DNA from: an uncultured Clostridium sp.
Lineage (GTDB): Bacteria; Bacillota; Clostridia; TANB77; CAG-508
Length of the DNA stretch: 64,000 bases
Direction of reading: 5' to 3'
NCBI GenBank assembly: GCA_930990555.1
Contig: CAKNPW010000001.1
Location: 35,007 to 99,006, forward strand
The stretch's first letter is position 1. Each line of letters opens with the position of its first letter. The position numbers were made by a program, and so were the translations under genes. Shown piece by piece: positions 9,596 through 18,758 of the stretch. Under the pieces are notes generated by a model, which did not search any database, had not been told where the DNA came from, and saw only the letters and a list, made by a program, of their open reading frames with translations.

Positions 9596-9850
9596 GGGTC
9601 ATAGCATCACCTCCTAAAAATTCAAAAAGACACATCTCCTTAAAGGACGACGTGTCGTGGTACCACCTTTATTTACAATTTAATAATTGCCTCATTTAAG
9701 CTTGTTCGTAGCTACACGTTAATTACTATAAGAAATGTAATTCGTAAATTTATATACTAGCAATTTCCACCATGTATTGCCTCTCTATAAGTTACTATAA
9801 ATTACTACTTGGTTTCTTTTTAAAACATAATTAAATTCAATTGTATTACT
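9596..9850 (-). promoter_or_regulatory. T-box riboswitch leader (Tyr specifier UAC) with intrinsic terminator
   Basis: On the minus strand: AGAGAG stem I motif followed by CAAUACAUGG (UAC codon plus A). T-box sequence AAAGGUGGUACCACG (rc of 9652-9668). Terminator GACACGUCGUCC...GAGAUGUGUC followed by UUUUUG. Confidence 0.8.
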
Positions 9851-9879
9851 ATTATACCTGCTGTTATCAATATTTGCAA
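9851..9879 (-). promoter_or_regulatory. Sigma-A type promoter for the tyrS leader (TTGCAA, 17 nt spacer, TATAAT)
   Basis: rc of 9874-9879 is TTGCAA; rc of 9851-9856 is TATAAT; spacer is 17 nt. Confidence 0.6.
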
Positions 9880-9907
9880 GTGTTATTTTATCATTTTATT
9901 TATATTA

Positions 9908-9960
9908 TAGGGATTTTAAGGAACGTCCCCAAATCCCGAGGGACGTCTCAAATCCCTATA
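9908..9960. repeat. Family-A repeat, copy A2 (double unit, inverted orientation)
   Basis: tagggattttaaggaacgtccccaaatcccgagggacgtctcaaatccctata. Confidence 0.7.
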
Positions 9961-9963
9961 TTT

Positions 9964-10398
9964 CTATAAGAACTTCTTTAGCTGTTCTACATTGTTTTCT
10001 TGGAATGTTACAAAATTATTTAATAGGTCTTTTACGTCTTTTGATGCTTGGTCTGCATCATTATTCATTAGTTTTCTTCCTTCTATTATTCCCATTGTTG
10101 TTCCTTCTATCATTATTTCTGCTATATGTGATGGGCTCTTGTCTGCCATCGTATTCATTTGTACTCCTGTCCATCCCATTATTGTATTCATAACGTTTTT
10201 GTCTTCTGGTATTTCTCCGTAGTTTTCGTATAATTTGTTTACTCTATCCATTACTTGTCCATATTGTGTATATTGAAAACTTAAGTTATCTTTTAATTTA
10301 TTATCATCTAGTTTCTCTGCAACAAAAGATATTGAATCCATTCCCATTTTTGTGGCTTTATGAATTTCTTTTAATATTTTTAAATTTTTCTCTTCCAT
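9964..10398 (-). CDS. Hypothetical helical protein (possibly a four-helix-bundle / coat-F-like family)
   Basis: 144-aa ORF with RBS and good codon-usage continuity; no recognisable catalytic motif. Confidence 0.5.
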   Translation of the reverse strand: MEEKNLKILKEIHKATKMGMDSISFVAEKLDDNKLKDNLSFQYTQYGQVMDRVNKLYENYGEIPEDKNVMNTIMGWTGVQMNTMADKSPSHIAEIMIEGTTMGIIEGRKLMNNDADQASKDVKDLLNNFVTFQENNVEQLKKFL

Positions 10399-10489
10399 AT
10401 TTTTACCTCCTTTGTTTATTGTTTCTATTTTTATTTGTTTTATACTTTATATTACCAATAAATATATTTAGAATACAAAATTTATTGTA

Positions 10490-10532
10490 ATTTACATAAC
10501 TTTTTAACTTTAAGCTCTGTTCCTAAAGTTCA
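10490..10532. repeat. Family-B palindromic repeat, copy B3
   Basis: atttacataactttttaactttaagctctgttcctaaagttca. Confidence 0.65.
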
Positions 10533-10569
10533 AAAAAACAAAAACAGTGGTTAAAATATTATCCACTGT
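10531..10569 (-). terminator. Rho-independent terminator downstream of gene 10585-11217
   Basis: Hairpin ACAGTGG(10544-10550)/CCACTGT(10563-10569), followed on the minus strand by a T-run. Confidence 0.6.
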
Positions 10570-10584
10570 CTTTGCCTTTTGGTC

Positions 10585-11217
10585 TTACGCAAAGAAATTC
10601 TCTTTGTTCGCGTTTCTTCTTACACGTAATCGCTGAAAGAATATTTTGGTTTTCTCATAATTATCTTTTGAACAATTATTTAACGAACGCCTCTCAATTT
10701 TTTCAAAAGTATCTTCATCGCAAATTCCCTCTGTTATAGCTTTCTTAAGAATAATATCAATGATAGATTTACTTAAGCCATACATTATTGCGATATCTCC
10801 TTTCGTTTTACTGGTTTCTTTCGCAAAATATTCCGCTATCTGCTTAATTTTTTCATCAGATAACTGGCATATTACAAACTCATCACGCTTCTTCCGAAGC
10901 GTTCGATAATGTGCAATTGTGCTCTCTGCACTTCCGTCAGGAGCAAACCTTCTTTGATTTTGAATGGATTTTCTCTCTATCTGATTTACCATATAATCAT
11001 TAATCAGATAGTGTGTTATTGCATAATCAATAAAATCCGTAACAGCCTTCTGATTTAGCTCATATTCCTTGGCTATTTCTGTTTTTGACTTGAAATTTGA
11101 ACTTATATAAGCTTCTGCAATTTCAATTGCAAACTCTCCAAAATCTCTTTCAGAGAGCTCTAACTTTAATTGTCTAAATGACCGTGGCATATTATACCTC
11201 CTTATTAATTCTTTCAA
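10585..11217 (-). CDS. Putative DNA-binding protein with two HTH-like segments
   Basis: 210 aa. Segments SKTEIAKEYELNQKAVTDFIDYAI and SKTKGDIAIMYGLSKSIIDIILKKAI resemble HTH/sigma region-4-like modules. Family not recognised. Confidence 0.35.
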   Translation of the reverse strand: MKELIRRYNMPRSFRQLKLELSERDFGEFAIEIAEAYISSNFKSKTEIAKEYELNQKAVTDFIDYAITHYLINDYMVNQIERKSIQNQRRFAPDGSAESTIAHYRTLRKKRDEFVICQLSDEKIKQIAEYFAKETSKTKGDIAIMYGLSKSIIDIILKKAITEGICDEDTFEKIERRSLNNCSKDNYEKTKIFFQRLRVRRNANKENFFA

Positions 11218-11282
11218 CTGTTTTCAATAGGTACTATTTTAACACATTTTATTAATTAAGTCTACATAATTTTAGCACTTTG

Positions 11283-11849
11283 TTATACATTCCTATTTAA
11301 TATGTACTTTCCCGTAAATTCATCTTTTAACATATCCATGCTGATTCTGTCATAATACTTTCCATCAATAAATTCACATTTTCTTCTTCGACCACATTCT
11401 TTAAATCCACATTTTTTATAGCATGCTATTGCTCTTTCATTAAATTCTACAACATCTAATTTTATATTATTTAAATTCAAATAATTAAATCCATAATCCA
11501 AAATTAAATTAATTGCCTCTGTTCCATACCCCTTTTCTCTTTCTTCTACATTACCTATAAATATACCTAAAGTTCCTCTTCTACTTAAGTGATCTATACT
11601 TTCCAATCCTACTGTTCCTATTAATTTATCTTCGGCTAATGTTACAATGTCTAACGTTGCTTCATCATCCATAGCTTTTGTCAGATATTCCTTCTCTTTT
11701 TCTAAAGTCATTATTTTTCCACTCATGCCTACATAATCTGTAGTTCTAAAATCATTCAACCATTCTGCATACTTTTCTGCATCTTCTATATTTTTAGGTG
11801 CCAGATAGATATTTTTTCCAATTAATTTTTTATAATACATATTCATCAC
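11283..11849 (-). CDS. GNAT family N-acetyltransferase (RimJ/RimL-like)
   Basis: 188 aa. Motifs GTVGLESIDHLSRRGTLGIFIG and GYGTEAINLILDYGF...AIACYKKCGF are typical GNAT motifs A/B. Confidence 0.75.
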   Translation of the reverse strand: MMNMYYKKLIGKNIYLAPKNIEDAEKYAEWLNDFRTTDYVGMSGKIMTLEKEKEYLTKAMDDEATLDIVTLAEDKLIGTVGLESIDHLSRRGTLGIFIGNVEEREKGYGTEAINLILDYGFNYLNLNNIKLDVVEFNERAIACYKKCGFKECGRRRKCEFIDGKYYDRISMDMLKDEFTGKYILNRNV

Positions 11850-12903
11850 CTCTTAATATTTTTAAATATTTTGTTGTAAATTTTGTTAATTCATCTAAAT
11901 ATTTCTTATTTTTTCCTTTTTCTATAATTTCATTCGCAACTTTATATGCCATTTCGTATTCTTCTTTGCGTACTTCTTTTCTATCATATGCACTTTTTAA
12001 TTCATCTTCATCTAATAAATGTATTCTTCCATCTGGTACTATTACTACATCTAAGTAAAGGTCATCTTCATATGGTATCCCATCATCTTCACCTATTTCT
12101 CTGGCAATATCAAAATACCATTCAGCTATATTGTCATTCTCATCAAACATTGTAGTAATGCAAAAATTTTTACCATCTGGATATATTTCTAGCCAGTTAT
12201 AATCATTTGCTAAAATACATCTTTTTTCTACATCAATTCGCCATTCTTTTCTAACTCTTTTTATTGTTAACAAAGATATATTCCCTTTAAATTCATCATT
12301 ATCTATTCTTAGATTTTTAAAATTACTTTCTAAAATATCCTTTGCCTTATTTCTACCATCAGCATATCTCTTTTTTAGAGTTATCCAATATCGTTGTACT
12401 ATTCTATTATCTTCAATAACTTCATTTTCTAATTTACCACCATTTTTTATAATTGTTCTGGCTGATGCTACATTGTTTTTATTACAAGTCATTAACACAT
12501 TTTCTATACCTAATTTTTTAGCTTCTTGAAGTGCTAATGAAATCATTTTAGTACTATATCCTTTATTTCTTTCGGAAGGCCTTATAGAATCTCCAATATG
12601 TCCTCCAAATTCAAATAAATATTCATTTAAAGCACATCTTATTTGAATTATTCCTATCAATCTTTTATCTCGTTTTCTAAAAGCTAAATATAATACTGAT
12701 GGCACTCTTCCTCTTGCTTTACTTTTTTCTTCAGAAAGATCGTCATTAATTTTTTGCATCCAAGTTTCAAATGTTTCTTCTCTTTCTAATCCTCCACCAC
12801 CAGGTATTTCATTTTCATTATTCTGTATAAATTCTTGTTTAAATTCTCCTATTTGTTCTTTATATTCTTTTGATGGAAATATTAATTCTAATTCATCTTT
12901 CAT
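11830..12903 (-). CDS. Fusion protein: N-terminal GNAT acetyltransferase domain plus C-terminal DUF402 (FomD/Ntdp-like nucleotide hydrolase) domain
   Basis: 357 aa. GNAT core (IGIIQIR...GGHIG...NKGYSTKMISLALQEAKKLG). C-terminal WYFDIA...DLYLDVVIVPDG...LDEDEL is characteristic of DUF402. Confidence 0.55.
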   Translation of the reverse strand: MKDELELIFPSKEYKEQIGEFKQEFIQNNENEIPGGGGLEREETFETWMQKINDDLSEEKSKARGRVPSVLYLAFRKRDKRLIGIIQIRCALNEYLFEFGGHIGDSIRPSERNKGYSTKMISLALQEAKKLGIENVLMTCNKNNVASARTIIKNGGKLENEVIEDNRIVQRYWITLKKRYADGRNKAKDILESNFKNLRIDNDEFKGNISLLTIKRVRKEWRIDVEKRCILANDYNWLEIYPDGKNFCITTMFDENDNIAEWYFDIAREIGEDDGIPYEDDLYLDVVIVPDGRIHLLDEDELKSAYDRKEVRKEEYEMAYKVANEIIEKGKNKKYLDELTKFTTKYLKILRGDEYVL

Positions 12904-12916
12904 TGTATATTTCCTC

Positions 12917-13480
12917 CTATAACTTAAATTTTTCCTGTATTATTTTTGCTGTTTCTTCTGCTGAAATATTTGTATTGTCTATCTTTATATAGTTCTCGTA
13001 TTTTACTTCTCCGTCATAAGAATTTAATCTATGCTTATCTACAGATTTTATTAATTCCTTTTCACTAAATTCTAAATCTCTTTTAGTAGGTTTATTTTTT
13101 AGTCTATTTTCAGTTTTATTCCTTTTTAGTCTTTCTTCTAATGATGTTTCTAGTTCGACCACATAAAATTCACCATTTTCTTTATCATATATATCCTTTA
13201 TTCGTTGTACCCAATCCCAATCTTCTTGTCTTTCGAAAGCCCACATTAATGTAAATATCATTCCTTTTAAATCACTTTTTGCAACCTCTTCGAAGATTGA
13301 AAATCTAAACAAATCTGTTAAACGTTCTCTTTGTTCTGACTTAAATTCGAAAAACTTTAATGGTAAATCTATCGTTTCGTGATTATGCATAAATTTTAAC
13401 CCTGTCAATTTTGCAAGCTCCTGTCCAACTGTCATTTTGCCTACAGCTTGTGGCCCACATATTAATACAAACTTAGCCAT
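12917..13480 (-). CDS. P-loop NTPase / small-molecule kinase-like protein (AAA_33/CPT-like)
   Basis: 187 aa, Walker A ICGPQAVGKMT at the N-terminus; size and layout match small-substrate kinases. Confidence 0.5.
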   Translation of the reverse strand: MAKFVLICGPQAVGKMTVGQELAKLTGLKFMHNHETIDLPLKFFEFKSEQRERLTDLFRFSIFEEVAKSDLKGMIFTLMWAFERQEDWDWVQRIKDIYDKENGEFYVVELETSLEERLKRNKTENRLKNKPTKRDLEFSEKELIKSVDKHRLNSYDGEVKYENYIKIDNTNISAEETAKIIQEKFKL

Positions 13481-13482
13481 AA

Positions 13483-13931
13483 CTATTCCCCCTTTATCTT
13501 TCTAATCATTTTATAGTGAGTTTTTGTTTCATCATAAACTTCAAATCCAGTTTTTTCATATAATTTCTTAGCCGGATTTTCTTTAAATACTTGTAATACA
13601 GTATCTACATTACTTTTTTGTCTGGTACAAGTAGTCAAAATATTCATCTCTATATTCTACAAATTTTATGATATTTTTTATCTACAAATAACATTGCAAC
13701 ATGAGAATAATCTCTTATACAGACCATTCCAACTATTTTGTCTTCTGCTTTTGCAACAAAAATCTTAAAATTATTTTTTAGTTGCGCTAAAATACTATCA
13801 TAATCAATAAACTTATAAAAATTAGTTACTCCTTCATCTGTATAATCTGGTACCTCAAATTCGTCAAAAACTCTTTTTACCAATTCTAACGTTTCCTTTA
13901 ACTCCTCTTCTTTCATCTCTTCATATCTCAT
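13483..13931 (-). pseudogene. GNAT acetyltransferase disrupted in motif A (two fragments, 13650-13931 and 13483-13647)
   Basis: N-terminal fragment ends ...MLFVDKKYHKICRI* where the R/QxxGxG/A CoA-binding motif should be. The next ATG opens a 54-aa ORF with the GNAT C-terminal motif VLQVFKENPAKKLYEKTGFEVYDE. Confidence 0.6.
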
Positions 13932-14237
13932 AATTTTTATCCCCTTTTATAAATATATCTCTATTTTAGAATATTATATCTTTTAATATATAAGAAAAAA
14001 AGCCTTACAAAGAAATCTTTAAGACTCCTTTGTAAGACTTGAATTATTTCTTATCTAATCTTACTTTAAGTGTAAGTAATTTTTTATTACTCTTTACCGC
14101 TCAAGTTTATACTCTTAGGTAAACTCTTAAAACATAGTTCTATTTTAGCACCTAATTTAAATTACGTCAACCAGTTCTTATGAATTTCTAATTTATTTTT
14201 TTTATCTATATGGTTAAGAAATTAAATTTAAACATCT

Positions 14238-14639
14238 TTATTTTTCAATTGGTTTCTCATTAAAAATAATCTTTTCTAAAAGTCTTGCAGCATCTCGTAC
14301 ACAATCATTACATTCTCTTAAGACTTTTCCGGTTCCTATTCCTTTTAATTCTTTACAAATAACTGTAGAATTTTGAGCTTTAAATTCCTGCATAATTTTT
14401 CTTATATCTTGATTCGTTTTTAGCCTCTGCTTATTCATCATTCCAAGAACAACACCTGCTCCAACTATTGCACCACAAGTTCCTTCTAGTGTTCCCATGC
14501 CAGTACCAAAAGCTTGGCATATATTAAACATAGTTTCTTCGTCAACACCTGCATAATCACAATAAGTACAAGCTACTGCTTGTGCACAATTATATCCCTT
14601 TTTCTTTTTATTAACTGCTTCTTCTATTCTTGACTCCAT
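14238..14639 (-). CDS. C_GCAxxG_C_C family protein (putative redox-active)
   Basis: 133 aa with CAQAVACTYCDY and GTCGAIVGAG motifs. Confidence 0.7.
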   Translation of the reverse strand: MESRIEEAVNKKKKGYNCAQAVACTYCDYAGVDEETMFNICQAFGTGMGTLEGTCGAIVGAGVVLGMMNKQRLKTNQDIRKIMQEFKAQNSTVICKELKGIGTGKVLRECNDCVRDAARLLEKIIFNEKPIEK

Positions 14640-14654
14640 ATTTTATCCTCCTTG

Positions 14655-15596
14655 CTAAATTTTTCTTAATTTTGCTACAAAAAAACCTTCTGTTTCTTTA
14701 TTAGGCAATATTTTTATTGCTTTTTCTAATCCTAAACTTGTACCAAGTTTATCTCCTGGTATTGCGTTCTTTATATTTAAATCTATATCCAGCATTTTTA
14801 AACTTAAATTCTCCAATGCCCATTTTAAAATATGTTCGTTTTCTTCCAAATTTAAAGTACATGTAGAATATACCATTATTCCACCTGGCTTTAAGGCATT
14901 ATACCCACTTTTTATAAGTTTTCTTTGTATTTTTGAAAGTTCTTTTACTGTTTTCATTGACCAATTTCGATATGTACCTGCTATTTCTGCAATAAATCTA
15001 CCTTCTCCACTACATGGTGTGTCTAACAAAACTCTGTCAAAGGTTTCTGGATATTTCTCTCCTAATTTTTCGCCATAGCCATTTATTACTTCTACATTTG
15101 TTGCTCCTAGATTGTTTAAATTAAATTTTAAACGTTCACATCTTATCTTGTCCAATTCATTTGCAATAATATGTCCTGTATTATTCATCATTGCAGAGAT
15201 TTGTGTTGTTTTACTTCCTGGAGCTGATGCCATATCCAATATTTGCTCATTTTCTTTTGCACCTAGCACTAGTGGTGGAATCATACTAGATAAACTTTGT
15301 AAATAAATATATCCCTTTTCGTAAATATCTAGCTTTTGAATATCTTTTTCAATTGCATTTTTTATTACTAAAGCATCATTTAAAAAATTCACTCTTTCAA
15401 ACTTAATATTTATTTTTCTAAAATATCTCATTAGGTCTTGAATATTGTACTTTAATGTATTTACACGCAAAGTAGTATTTCTTTTTCCTGCCATTCCAGC
15501 TAAAATTTTATCTGCAACTAATGGTGAATGTAAACTATATAATTCTTCTATAAAATCTCTTGGTAATCTCTTCTTTACCTCCATTACTGAAAGCAT
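14655..15596 (-). CDS. NOL1/NOP2/Sun family RNA m5C methyltransferase (RsmF/RsmB-like)
   Basis: SAM motif LDMASAPGSKT; catalytic DRVLLDTPCSGEG and YSTCTL motifs. Confidence 0.8.
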   Translation of the reverse strand: MLSVMEVKKRLPRDFIEELYSLHSPLVADKILAGMAGKRNTTLRVNTLKYNIQDLMRYFRKINIKFERVNFLNDALVIKNAIEKDIQKLDIYEKGYIYLQSLSSMIPPLVLGAKENEQILDMASAPGSKTTQISAMMNNTGHIIANELDKIRCERLKFNLNNLGATNVEVINGYGEKLGEKYPETFDRVLLDTPCSGEGRFIAEIAGTYRNWSMKTVKELSKIQRKLIKSGYNALKPGGIMVYSTCTLNLEENEHILKWALENLSLKMLDIDLNIKNAIPGDKLGTSLGLEKAIKILPNKETEGFFVAKLRKI

Positions 15597-15619
15597 TAAA
15601 TTTCTCTCCTTTTTCTATT

Positions 15620-16450
15620 TTAACTTTTATACAAATTTCTTAGTAAGTTTATTTCTTTTGCATATCCTGTTAAATCATTTGGTGTTTCTAAATAAAATGG
15701 CAAATCTCTTAACACAGGGTGATTTATAATTTTTTCAAAATTTGTAATAGCTATTGTACCTTCTCCTATTTTTTGATGTCTATCTTTATGACTTCCTAAT
15801 TCATTCATACTATCATTTAAATGTATTGCTTTTAAATATTTTAATCCTATAATTTTATCAAATTCATTTAATACTTTATCAATATCACTTACATCATATC
15901 CTGCATCATTTATATGGCAAGTATCAAGACAAACTCCTAATTTTTCTTTTAAACTTACTTTATCTATTATTGTTTTTATTTCTTCAAAACTTCTTCCTAT
16001 CTCTGTTCCTTTACCTGCCATTGTCTCTAACAACACTGTAGTAGATTGTTTTTTTGTAAGTACTTCATTTAAAGCTTTAACAATATATTCTATACCTTGT
16101 TCTACTCCTTGTCCCACATGACTTCCTGGATGAAAATTGTACATATTCCCTGGAAGATATTCCATTCTTTCTAAGTCCTCTTTCATCATATTTTTAGCAA
16201 ATTCACGAATATCTTCTTTGTCTGAACATAAATTCATTGTATATGGCGCATGTGCTAATATTTTAGAAAAATTATTTTTCTTCATAAGTTCTAATAAATT
16301 ATTTATATCTTCTATGTTTAATTCTTTTATTTTTCCTCCCCTAGGATTTCTTGTAAAAAACTGAAACGTATTAGCATCAATTTTTAGTGCTTCCTTCCCC
16401 ATATTTTCATATCCTTTAGATATTGATAAATGACAACCTATATTTAACAT
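15620..16450 (-). CDS. nfo: Endonuclease IV
   Basis: TIM-barrel AP endonuclease motifs (HAPY, LETMAG, CLDTCH, HLND). Internal ATG at 16450 has GGAGGA 7 nt upstream, so it is preferred over the ORF-track start at 16465. Confidence 0.8.
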   Translation of the reverse strand: MLNIGCHLSISKGYENMGKEALKIDANTFQFFTRNPRGGKIKELNIEDINNLLELMKKNNFSKILAHAPYTMNLCSDKEDIREFAKNMMKEDLERMEYLPGNMYNFHPGSHVGQGVEQGIEYIVKALNEVLTKKQSTTVLLETMAGKGTEIGRSFEEIKTIIDKVSLKEKLGVCLDTCHINDAGYDVSDIDKVLNEFDKIIGLKYLKAIHLNDSMNELGSHKDRHQKIGEGTIAITNFEKIINHPVLRDLPFYLETPNDLTGYAKEINLLRNLYKS

Positions 16451-16662
16451 TCTTCCTCCTAGCATTAATTTTTATTAATAATTATGTGCCATTATTATAC
16501 AAAAATTTATTTAATTTTGCAAAAAACTTGTATTATGCGAAATATGCTTATATAATGACATTGTAGCAAAACGGTTGATTAGCATATAAAGGATAGTTTC
16601 CTTTTGCTGGTCTTGTAGTTTTAGAAGGGAGGCAGTTCTTAATTTATTAAGAACTAAATGTT

Positions 16663-17424
16663 ATGAAAATTTCTAACTCACCACCTAAAGAAATTGCTGT
16701 ATCTAAGAATGGTTTTAAAGTTTATTCCCGGTATGGAATTAAGCTCGATAAACATGTTACATTAGATATGGTAAAAGAAGTTATTGAAGGCTCATATTTG
16801 TATCAGGATATGGAGCGAATCTCTTCACTCATCCCATATGAACTTTCTGGCAAAGGACATAAGAGAAGACTAATAGTAGCTCTTATAAAATATAAAGATT
16901 CCTACGAAGTTTCAAAAGCTTTCTGGAAACGGAATCTCAAATTTATAGGGCATACCAATAATTTATACCCTGTATATTTCTCAAGGGATTTCTACTGCAA
17001 TATTGATCTTTCTTTTTTAAGAAAAGTTGTTAGGCAGGTAAATTTGGAATCAAAAATTGAAAAATGTCAGGTAAAATCAAAATCAGTTATTGGTTATGTT
17101 GACTTTGCCCCTTTGTCGTTTTACCAAGACATAGATGACCTTATGAAGGTCATTCGCCATGGCGAAAAGCATCCAGTTTATATGGCATTTTCTTCACCAC
17201 AAGAAATCCGTTGTCTTTCTATAGACTTTGAAAGAAAGTCAGATGTAAATGGCATATTTTATATTATTACTAATATAAGATTTACCGGATTAGAGACTAT
17301 GCCACGCCCTTGGGAATTAGATCCTGGAGATGACTTGTATTTACCAGCAATGAAGTTTTGGCAAAAACATGCATATTGTTTTATGCCTAAAAAAATTCGA
17401 AAGAATATAACTATAACTTCTTAA
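16663..17424 (+). CDS. Hypothetical protein, GC-elevated, opposite strand to its neighbours
   Basis: 253-aa ORF with visibly higher GC than its flanks, followed by a strong bidirectional terminator. No recognised motif. Confidence 0.5.
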   Translation: MKISNSPPKEIAVSKNGFKVYSRYGIKLDKHVTLDMVKEVIEGSYLYQDMERISSLIPYELSGKGHKRRLIVALIKYKDSYEVSKAFWKRNLKFIGHTNNLYPVYFSRDFYCNIDLSFLRKVVRQVNLESKIEKCQVKSKSVIGYVDFAPLSFYQDIDDLMKVIRHGEKHPVYMAFSSPQEIRCLSIDFERKSDVNGIFYIITNIRFTGLETMPRPWELDPGDDLYLPAMKFWQKHAYCFMPKKIRKNITITS

Positions 17425-17442
17425 ATTTTTCAAACCAAACGA

Positions 17443-17481
17443 TAATAAGCGTACTGATTTTAATAATCAGTACGCTTATTA
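17443..17481. terminator. Bidirectional intrinsic terminator between convergent genes
   Basis: Perfect 15-bp stem ATAAGCGTACTGATT/AATCAGTACGCTTAT, T-rich on both sides. Confidence 0.7.
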
Positions 17482-17487
17482 TTGTTT

Positions 17488-18549
17488 TTACCTTTCTTCT
17501 TCACTTTTAATTTGAGTTTTATAATGTACATATCTTCCATATATATTATTTAGTTGTTCATATTCTTCTTGTGGGGCATTTCTTTTTTGCATTAACTTTA
17601 ATATTTCTTGATAATCAGATATAAAAGATGTTTCTCCACTACCTATTACATATTCATAATTTGAAGCAAATCTTTCACTTTGTATAATATCTAAAATTTC
17701 TGGCATTGTTTTTCCTTCTGTTGGTATTTTTTTAGGAGGAATAGCCGAATTTTTACTTCTAATATATAAGCTTATTCTTTCTGGATCCATACCTTCTAAA
17801 CATTCGGTAACAGCTAAATAAGATTCATCATGTCTATGTAAATCTGTTAATTTAGTATCTCCTTTACCATTATATACAAATATTGCAGTTTCATATCTTT
17901 GATGTATAGCTAGAGCACTTACTAAATCCCCGACAGCCATAACATGTAAATCTAATTGGTAACCATGTTCTTCTAATTCTTTTTCATCTACTCCTATTAA
18001 ACCTTGTTGTAATGAAGGTGCCACTTCTATTAAAATATTATATCCTTTTTCCATTGCATAGTTTCTAATATTAGCAGCATGATCATATGAATCTATTCCT
18101 GTTAAAGCCCCAAAATGCGTTCTGTCTTTTTCTCTAATTTCGTCTGCATCAGATCTATACTTTTTATATAAATCTGGATTTATAACAACATATACTTGAT
18201 TTTGTGGATTTATTAATTCTCTTAAACTAGTTTTTCCCGCACCTGTTTGAGATACTAATACAGCTGCAATCGGATTTTTTGAAGGTTCTTGCCTTGCAGA
18301 AAATGTAATAGTCATAGCTTTAAACAAAGTCAACAAATATTCTTTGTCTGTTTGTCTTGTTTCTAGCATTTGTTTCGCTAACGAATTACTAATATTGTCT
18401 GATATGTAAGGATTCACCCTTCTTTTAGCAAATTTTAATATTTCTTGTGGTGTATCTGGTAATTCATTTATAAAGTCTGGATTTAATTCGTGTAATAATT
18501 CATTTAATGTTTCTTCTGAAATCTCTCTTGTTTCATTATAGTCAATCAT
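17488..18549 (-). CDS. Zeta-toxin-like P-loop kinase (copy 2)
   Basis: 353 aa, Walker A VSQTGAGKTS, shared RHDESY motif with its paralog. Preceded by a translationally coupled small helical protein. Confidence 0.5.
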   Translation of the reverse strand: MIDYNETREISEETLNELLHELNPDFINELPDTPQEILKFAKRRVNPYISDNISNSLAKQMLETRQTDKEYLLTLFKAMTITFSARQEPSKNPIAAVLVSQTGAGKTSLRELINPQNQVYVVINPDLYKKYRSDADEIREKDRTHFGALTGIDSYDHAANIRNYAMEKGYNILIEVAPSLQQGLIGVDEKELEEHGYQLDLHVMAVGDLVSALAIHQRYETAIFVYNGKGDTKLTDLHRHDESYLAVTECLEGMDPERISLYIRSKNSAIPPKKIPTEGKTMPEILDIIQSERFASNYEYVIGSGETSFISDYQEILKLMQKRNAPQEEYEQLNNIYGRYVHYKTQIKSEEER

Positions 18550-18758
18550 ATTATTTCTTTCTTCTTTCCTTTTAATACTCTTTTTATAATATTTGAATTA
18601 CCTTTACAAATTTCAACTTTAATTTTTTGTAATACTTCTATTTTTTGCTTTAGTAATTTATTAGCTTTTTGACTCTTATTTACTGCATACTCATTCATAA
18701 CTGTTGCCAGTTCATTTTCTATAATTTCTATAGCAAGCTCTATATATTCTTCCCTCAT
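18546..18758 (-). CDS. Small helical protein, putative epsilon-like antitoxin (copy 2)
   Basis: 70 aa. Overlaps both neighbours by 4 nt (ATGA). Confidence 0.4.
   Translation of the reverse strand: MREEYIELAIEIIENELATVMNEYAVNKSQKANKLLKQKIEVLQKIKVEICKGNSNIIKRVLKGKKKEII

Noticed and set aside
14041-14237. Possible small RNA in the 300-nt gap between the GNAT pseudogene and the C_GCAxxG gene
   Set aside because: It contains two weak hairpins (CTTACAAAG/CTTTGTAAG and CTTAC-TTTAAGT-GTAAG). No conserved motif or promoter was recognisable, so it is insufficient to call an ncRNA.
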